The notes under the pieces are model-generated. The model saw nothing but the letters and a program-made list of their open reading frames with translations, made no database searches and was not told where the DNA came from. Positions 59,031-64,000 of a DNA stretch of 64,000 nt are shown one piece after another. The translations under genes and the position numbers were made by a program. This DNA is from a bacterium. Lineage in GTDB: Bacteria > UBA8248 > JACPRG01 > G963555815. Location: positions 320,001-384,000 of the forward strand of contig CBDHDG010000005.1 of NCBI GenBank assembly GCA_965261595.1, written 5' to 3'. How positions within the stretch are numbered: the first letter of the stretch is position 1; each line of letters begins with the position of its first letter.

Positions 59031-60326
59031 ATGAAGACAGACCGGAAGTTGTTGGAAAAGGTCTGGTCGAAGGTCGATCAGAAGGAGCTGGTTTCGCTGG
59101 CGATGAAGCTTGTCGACATCCCCAGCACCACGGGAAGCGAAGAACCCGCCGCCCGGCTTTTGGTGGACTGGCTGAACGAGCGGGACATCCCCGCTTTCTA
59201 CCAGGAGGTCGAGCCGGGCCGCGGAAACATGGTCGGCCGCCTCAAGGGGTCCGGCGACGGGCCCACGCTGATGTTCAACGGCCACCTGGACACGGCCCTT
59301 TCGAGCGATCCGCAGGACGCCCTGTTCGCGGGCCGCATCAAGCCCGAATGGATGGCCCATGCGCGCAAGGTCAAAAACCTTATCTACGGCAGCGGGATCG
59401 TCAACGACAAGGGGCCGCTCTGCTGCTCCCTGATGGCCGCCTACGCCCTCAAGAAGTCGGGGGTCAAGCTGAAGGGCGACATTGTTTTGACGGGGGTTTG
59501 CAGCGAAATCGGCCGGGCGCCCATCGATCAGTACCAGGGCGCGCCCTACCGGGGTAAGGGCATCGGGATGCGGTACATGCTGACCCACGGGGTAGTGGCC
59601 GACTACGCCATCGTCGTCGAGCCCTCCCGCCTCGGGATCACCTGGGCTCAGGCGGGGGCGGTGTTCATCAAGATCACCGTCTGGGGCGAGCCGATGTATG
59701 CGCCCTTCGTCCAGCACCCCAAAGACCTGTCGAAGAGCAAGAACGCCGTCGTCAAGATGAGCACGCTGATCGAGCCGCTCGAAGCGTGGGCGCGCCGGTA
59801 CGAGAAGGAGCACACCTATAAGTTCGGCGCGGGCAAGCTCGTGCCCAAGGTCAACATCGGCGCCATCATGGGGGGCGCGCCGTTCAAGCCCAACTTCTCG
59901 CCAGCCGTCTGCAACCTGTACGTCGAGGCCTTCACGAAGCCGGGGACGCGGCCCATCGATGTCCTGCGCGAAGTGGAAGAGGTCCTTCAGGCCACGGGCG
60001 TGGAAGCCGATTCGGAGCTTTATCTTTCGGTGCTGGGGTATGAGGCGAAAGGGGCCGAGCCGCTGGTGGAAGCCATGCGGGGGGCCTACCGGGCGGTGCG
60101 GAACCGAGCGCCCAAGCCGATGCAGACCGAGCTGAACAGCACGTATGCCGACCTCACCATCCTGGTGGAGATGGGCATCCCGGCCATCAAGTGCGGACCC
60201 GCGCCGGAAGACCCCAACCTCAGACCGGCCACCGGGGAGGTCCAAAGGGTCGAGGACCTGGTGGACGCGACGAAGATGTACTGCGCGGCCGCCATCGAGG
60301 TCTGCAACCACCTGCCGAGGACGTGA
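59031..60326 (+). CDS. M20/ArgE/DapE family metallo-hydrolase (atypical ligands)
   Basis: IPSTTGSE, MFNGHLDT, YGSGIVNDKG, IVVEPS. Confidence 0.88.
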   Translation: MKTDRKLLEKVWSKVDQKELVSLAMKLVDIPSTTGSEEPAARLLVDWLNERDIPAFYQEVEPGRGNMVGRLKGSGDGPTLMFNGHLDTALSSDPQDALFAGRIKPEWMAHARKVKNLIYGSGIVNDKGPLCCSLMAAYALKKSGVKLKGDIVLTGVCSEIGRAPIDQYQGAPYRGKGIGMRYMLTHGVVADYAIVVEPSRLGITWAQAGAVFIKITVWGEPMYAPFVQHPKDLSKSKNAVVKMSTLIEPLEAWARRYEKEHTYKFGAGKLVPKVNIGAIMGGAPFKPNFSPAVCNLYVEAFTKPGTRPIDVLREVEEVLQATGVEADSELYLSVLGYEAKGAEPLVEAMRGAYRAVRNRAPKPMQTELNSTYADLTILVEMGIPAIKCGPAPEDPNLRPATGEVQRVEDLVDATKMYCAAAIEVCNHLPRT

Positions 60327-60345
60327 TGGATCGAGAACCGAAATT

Positions 60346-60661
60346 CCAAGGGGGACTTTTTTGAAAAACCGTCCCCCTTGACCCCCCGAAAAACTTTCTG
60401 CGGCCATAGCCTGCGGCTTGGCCTTTGGGGAGTGGACGTCTGATTGGCTATGGTGGTCGGCTGTGGCCCGCGACGCTTTTGATCTTTGGCCGGATGCCCG
60501 TCTGCCTGCGGCAGCCGCAGCATCCGGCCAACCAGCCAGTTTTTCTGCGATAGCGTGCCGCCCGAAGGGCGGCACGCTATCGCCTAATGAAAGTTTTCGA
60601 GGGGGGTTCCCAACCCCTGGGAGGGGTCCAGGGGGGCGGTTTTACAAAAAAGCCCCCTTGG
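60346..60661. repeat. MITE-like element with long imperfect TIRs and a 17-bp internal hairpin
   Basis: Left CCAAGGGGGACTTTTTTGAAAAACCGTCCCCCTTGACCCC..AAAACTTTC; right-end reverse complement CCAAGGGGGCTTTTTTGTAAAACCGCCCCCCTGGACCCC..AAAACTTTC; stem 60547-60563/60567-60583. Confidence 0.85.
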
Positions 60662-60700
60662 CGATCTTTTTGTGTCCCCATCTGTGAGGAAAAAACCCGC

Positions 60701-61846
60701 ATGGACTTCGAGCTTCCCGGGGAGTTGAAGCTTCTTCGCGACATGGTTCGGGACTTCGTCAAGAAGGCGTTGCTGCCCCTGGAGGACCAGGTGGAAGAGG
60801 CCGACGACGTTTCCCCCGACCTCCTGCGGGAGCTCCGCGTTCAGGCTCGGGACCTGGGCCTTCTGGGGCTTTGCATTCCCAAGGAATGCGGCGGGGCCGG
60901 GATGGGGATGCTTGCCAACTGCGTCGTGCGGGAGGAGCTGGGGCGGACGAGTCTGGCCATGTCCTACACCGTCCGGGGCCCCTCGCCGATCCTGTCGTTG
61001 GGCACGGCCGAGCAGCGGGAGCGGTACCTCGCGCCGTGCCTGCGGGCCGAGAAGCGGGACTGCTTCTCCCTGACCGAGCCCAACGCCGGCTCCGACGCTG
61101 CGGCCATTCAGAGCACCGCCGTCCGGGACGGGGACGACTTCATATTGAACGGGACAAAGATCTTCGTGACCGACGGCGTGAAGGCGGACTTCGTGATCGT
61201 CTTCGCCGTGACGGACAAGGAGAAGCGGGCGCGGGGCGGGATCACGGCCTTTCTGGTGGACAAAGGGACGTCGGGGTTCGAGGTGGGGTCGGTGTTCAAG
61301 AAGATGGGCTGGCGGGGAACGGACCTGGCGGAGCTGGTCTTTATCGACTGCCGGGTTCCGGCGGCGCAGGTGCTGGGTGAGGTGGGTCAGGGGTTCGCGC
61401 TGGCGATGAAGTGGATCGACACCGGCCGGCTGGGGATAGCGTCGGCCGCCCTGGGGACGGCCGAGCGGCTGTTGGAGATGGCGACCGATTACGCGGGCCA
61501 GCGAGAAACGTTCGGCCGGCGGCTGGCGGAGCGTCAGGCGATTCAGTGGATGATCGCCGATTCGGCGACCGAGCTCAAGGCGGCGCGGCTGTTGGTCTAC
61601 CAGGCGGCGTGGAGCGGGGAGCAGGGGCGGGACACGCGTCAGGCGGCGGCGATGGCGAAGCTGTACGCCACCGAGATGGTGGGCCGGGTCGCGGACCGCG
61701 CGCTCCAGATCCACGGCGGGATGGGGTACATGAAGGACCTCCCCATCGAGCGCATGTACCGCGACGTCCGATACACCCGGATCGCCGAGGGGACGTCGGA
61801 GATCCTTCGTTTCCTCATTGCCCGGGGGATTTTGAAGGGGGGATAG
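60701..61846 (+). CDS. Acyl-CoA dehydrogenase
   Basis: Start MDFELP; FSLTEPNAGSD, NGTKIFVT, RETFG, QIHGGMGY, RIAEGTSE. Confidence 0.95.
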   Translation: MDFELPGELKLLRDMVRDFVKKALLPLEDQVEEADDVSPDLLRELRVQARDLGLLGLCIPKECGGAGMGMLANCVVREELGRTSLAMSYTVRGPSPILSLGTAEQRERYLAPCLRAEKRDCFSLTEPNAGSDAAAIQSTAVRDGDDFILNGTKIFVTDGVKADFVIVFAVTDKEKRARGGITAFLVDKGTSGFEVGSVFKKMGWRGTDLAELVFIDCRVPAAQVLGEVGQGFALAMKWIDTGRLGIASAALGTAERLLEMATDYAGQRETFGRRLAERQAIQWMIADSATELKAARLLVYQAAWSGEQGRDTRQAAAMAKLYATEMVGRVADRALQIHGGMGYMKDLPIERMYRDVRYTRIAEGTSEILRFLIARGILKGG

Positions 61847-61985
61847 GCCGTAATTAGCACAAATATTTCGTTACAGGCGCGTGTATGATCGGCGCTTGGA
61901 TTGTTGGCCAACGCATCGGGGCGAGAGTCGGTGGGCTCCCGTACCCGCCCCCCCCGACGGCGGCATCACCCGCGATACGCCTCGC

Positions 61986-63692
61986 TTATCTCTCCTCCCC
62001 CGCACCATCATCGATCTCGATTCCATAATCCGCCCGGGCCTTTTCCGGGGAGAGGATGCCGTCCCGGATGTCCTGAAAGACCTTGGACGGGTCCCGCCCG
62101 GCGGGGTCTCCCCATCCGCCGCTGCCCGCGGACAGGACCCTGAGGATCCCGGGGCCGACTTCCATCACGCCGTAAGCGGGAAGCGCGCCTTCCGCCTTGC
62201 CGTCGGGACGAAACGAGACCCGGGCGGGCGCGCCGGCCTTGCCGCCGGAGGTCCCGTACCCGCTGGGCGCCCCCTGGCCCTCGCCGCGCAGACACAACGT
62301 CCCCGGGGCCAGGAGCTCCACCTGATAATCCACGCCTGTTCCGCCCCGAAACTCCCCCGGTCCGCACGAGTCCCGCCGGACCTCGTGCCGGAGGAACCGG
62401 ACCGGGTTGAGGTGCTCGAGGGACTCCAGGTTCGGGATGATCATCCCGCCCATGTTGATGGGGGTCCCGATCTGGTCCGTGCCGTCCTTTCCTTTCGCGG
62501 CGCCCGCGCTGGCCAACCCGGCCAGGTTGAACAGGACGAACACCCGCCCATGGCGGTCGAGCCCCGAGAAAGTGGGGTTGGCCATCTTCCCCCAGCCGGC
62601 GCACACCCGGTCCGGGTCGGCCACCGCCAGGGCCTTCCAGCAGCAGTGCATGATCTCGTGGGCCGGGTGGATGGTGGCGAAGCCGACGGGCGCCGGCTCG
62701 GTGCAGTTCACCACCGTGCCCTCCGGGGCGATGACCCGAATCGTCCGGTGCATCCCTTCATTGTGCGGGATCTGCGGGTCCACCACCGTGGCCAGGGCCG
62801 CGTAGACGGCGGAGTAGGTGTTGGGCAGGTTGCTGTTCTTATAGGCGGGGATCTGCGGGTCCGTCCCGGTGAAATCCGCCTCGATCTCGCCGCCCCGGAC
62901 GGTGAGGCGGAGGCGGATGGAAACGCTCCGGTCGGAGAAGCAGTCGTTGTTCATGGTCTCCGCCGCCTCGTAAACGCCGTCGGGGATGTTCTCCAGCTCC
63001 AGCCGCATCCGGTGCTCCCCGTAATCGAGCAGGGCGTCGCAATACGTCCGAAGCCGGTCCCAACCGTGTTCCTTCAGGAGGTCTTCGACCCAGCCGAGGC
63101 CCTTCTTGACGGAGCCGACCATCGCCCCCAGGTCGCCGGCCAGGATGTCCGGACGGCGGCTGTTGGTCTTGAGCAATTCCAGGACGTCGGCTCGCGGGAC
63201 GCCGCGGTCCTCAAGCTTGAGCGGCGGGATGCGCAGGCCCTCGTGGAAGATTTCCTTCGCCTCGGGGTTGTACGTGCCCGCCGCGCCGCCGCCGATGTCG
63301 AGCTGGTGGGAGCGGATGCACGTGAAGGCCACCGGGTTGCCTCCGGCGAAAACCGGGGCGAAGACCGTCCAGTCGGGCAGGTGGTTGCCGCCGGCGGTGT
63401 AGACGTCGTTCGACACGAAGATGTCGCCGGGGCGGATGTCCTCTCCGAAAAAATCCAGGAGGGCGCGCACGGCGAACCCGCCGCCCCCGGTGTGGATGGG
63501 AATGCCTTCGGCCTGGGAGAGAAGCCGCGCCCGGACGTCGGTGAGGAAGCAGGAGAAGTCATGCGCCTGGCTGGCGATGGCGCTCCGGGCCGTCCGGGTC
63601 ATGACGGCCCCCATCCGGTGGGTGATGCCGTCCAGCTTCTGCTGAATGATCGTCAGCGTCGCCGGGTCGATGGCCGCGCGTCGGGCGGTCAT
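61986..63692 (-). CDS. Hydantoinase B/oxoprolinase family protein
   Basis: RTARSAI...DFSC, NDVYTAGGNHLPD, HQLDIGG, EGLRIPP, DSCGPGEFRGG, GGWGDP. Confidence 0.93.
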   Translation of the reverse strand: MTARRAAIDPATLTIIQQKLDGITHRMGAVMTRTARSAIASQAHDFSCFLTDVRARLLSQAEGIPIHTGGGGFAVRALLDFFGEDIRPGDIFVSNDVYTAGGNHLPDWTVFAPVFAGGNPVAFTCIRSHQLDIGGGAAGTYNPEAKEIFHEGLRIPPLKLEDRGVPRADVLELLKTNSRRPDILAGDLGAMVGSVKKGLGWVEDLLKEHGWDRLRTYCDALLDYGEHRMRLELENIPDGVYEAAETMNNDCFSDRSVSIRLRLTVRGGEIEADFTGTDPQIPAYKNSNLPNTYSAVYAALATVVDPQIPHNEGMHRTIRVIAPEGTVVNCTEPAPVGFATIHPAHEIMHCCWKALAVADPDRVCAGWGKMANPTFSGLDRHGRVFVLFNLAGLASAGAAKGKDGTDQIGTPINMGGMIIPNLESLEHLNPVRFLRHEVRRDSCGPGEFRGGTGVDYQVELLAPGTLCLRGEGQGAPSGYGTSGGKAGAPARVSFRPDGKAEGALPAYGVMEVGPGILRVLSAGSGGWGDPAGRDPSKVFQDIRDGILSPEKARADYGIEIDDGAGEER

Positions 63693-64000
63693 GGCTTCGC
63701 CCCCTTTTTCGTCAGGACGAGATTGCCGTAGGCATCCGCCTCCACCGTGTTTTCGGGGGCGACCCATAACGTTGTATTCGGCTGTACGATCACCGCCGGA
63801 CCGGAGAGCGGTTGTCCGGGCGCCATCGAGCCGCCGGGGATCACGGGCGTGGAGACGGCCGGACCCGGAGCGTCCGGGAACACGTCGCGGCGCGCCGACT
63901 TCGCCCCGTCCGGCGTCTCCCGTTTCCGGACCGCCAGGGGCGGCGTGGCCGCGGTGGCCGTCACCCGGAGGCCCGAGAAGTCGATGGCGCTTTCCGGGTC
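63689..64000 (-). CDS. Hydantoinase A/oxoprolinase family protein, C-terminal part (runs off window end)
   Basis: ...GPAVIVQPNTTLWVAPENTVEADAYGNLVL* with ATGA overlap onto hydantoinase B. Confidence 0.85.
   Translation of the reverse strand, partial: DPESAIDFSGLRVTATAATPPLAVRKRETPDGAKSARRDVFPDAPGPAVSTPVIPGGSMAPGQPLSGPAVIVQPNTTLWVAPENTVEADAYGNLVLTKKGAKP

Noticed and set aside
60587..60700. N-terminal extension of the acyl-CoA dehydrogenase
   Set aside because: Derived from the MITE terminal repeat; the same peptide appears in the spurious ORF 30936-32036.

Overview
GC-rich bacterial chromosome segment. The gene style loosely suggests a Nitrospinota/Tectomicrobia or deltaproteobacterial lineage; this is inference only. 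The left end holds rplM-rpsI-argC-argJ and two nucleotide-sugar genes. Divergent from them is an exopolysaccharide export pair: an FG-GAP beta-propeller/Wza-SLBB fusion lipoprotein and a Wzc-like kinase whose Tyr cluster is replaced by an acidic tract plus an extra hydrophobic helix. The rest is mostly catabolic and redox genes: an FrhB-like protein in front of a xanthine-dehydrogenase-family FAD/2Fe-2S/Mo trio, two further orphan Mo subunits, a TorT-like ABC transporter in an AT-richer island, a KamA radical SAM enzyme, a secreted metzincin-like protein, fhs, a UbiD/2x PaaK/nitroreductase/MoaD/PadR/AOR cluster, an NMT1-type ABC transporter with an FAD oxidase and a CocE hydrolase, an M20 enzyme, an acyl-CoA dehydrogenase and hydantoinase A/B. 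The most distinctive feature is a 958-bp transposase-less cassette (37-bp TIRs, 8-bp TSD, IS1595-like ends). It carries two small cargo ORFs and NrdR-box-like palindromes at both ends, and it sits inside a Mo-enzyme gene whose frame is restored exactly by its removal. Several MITE/REP-like repeat families occupy intergenic gaps. Six single-base frameshifts in otherwise intact genes point to assembly indel errors. No rRNA, tRNA or CRISPR array was seen.
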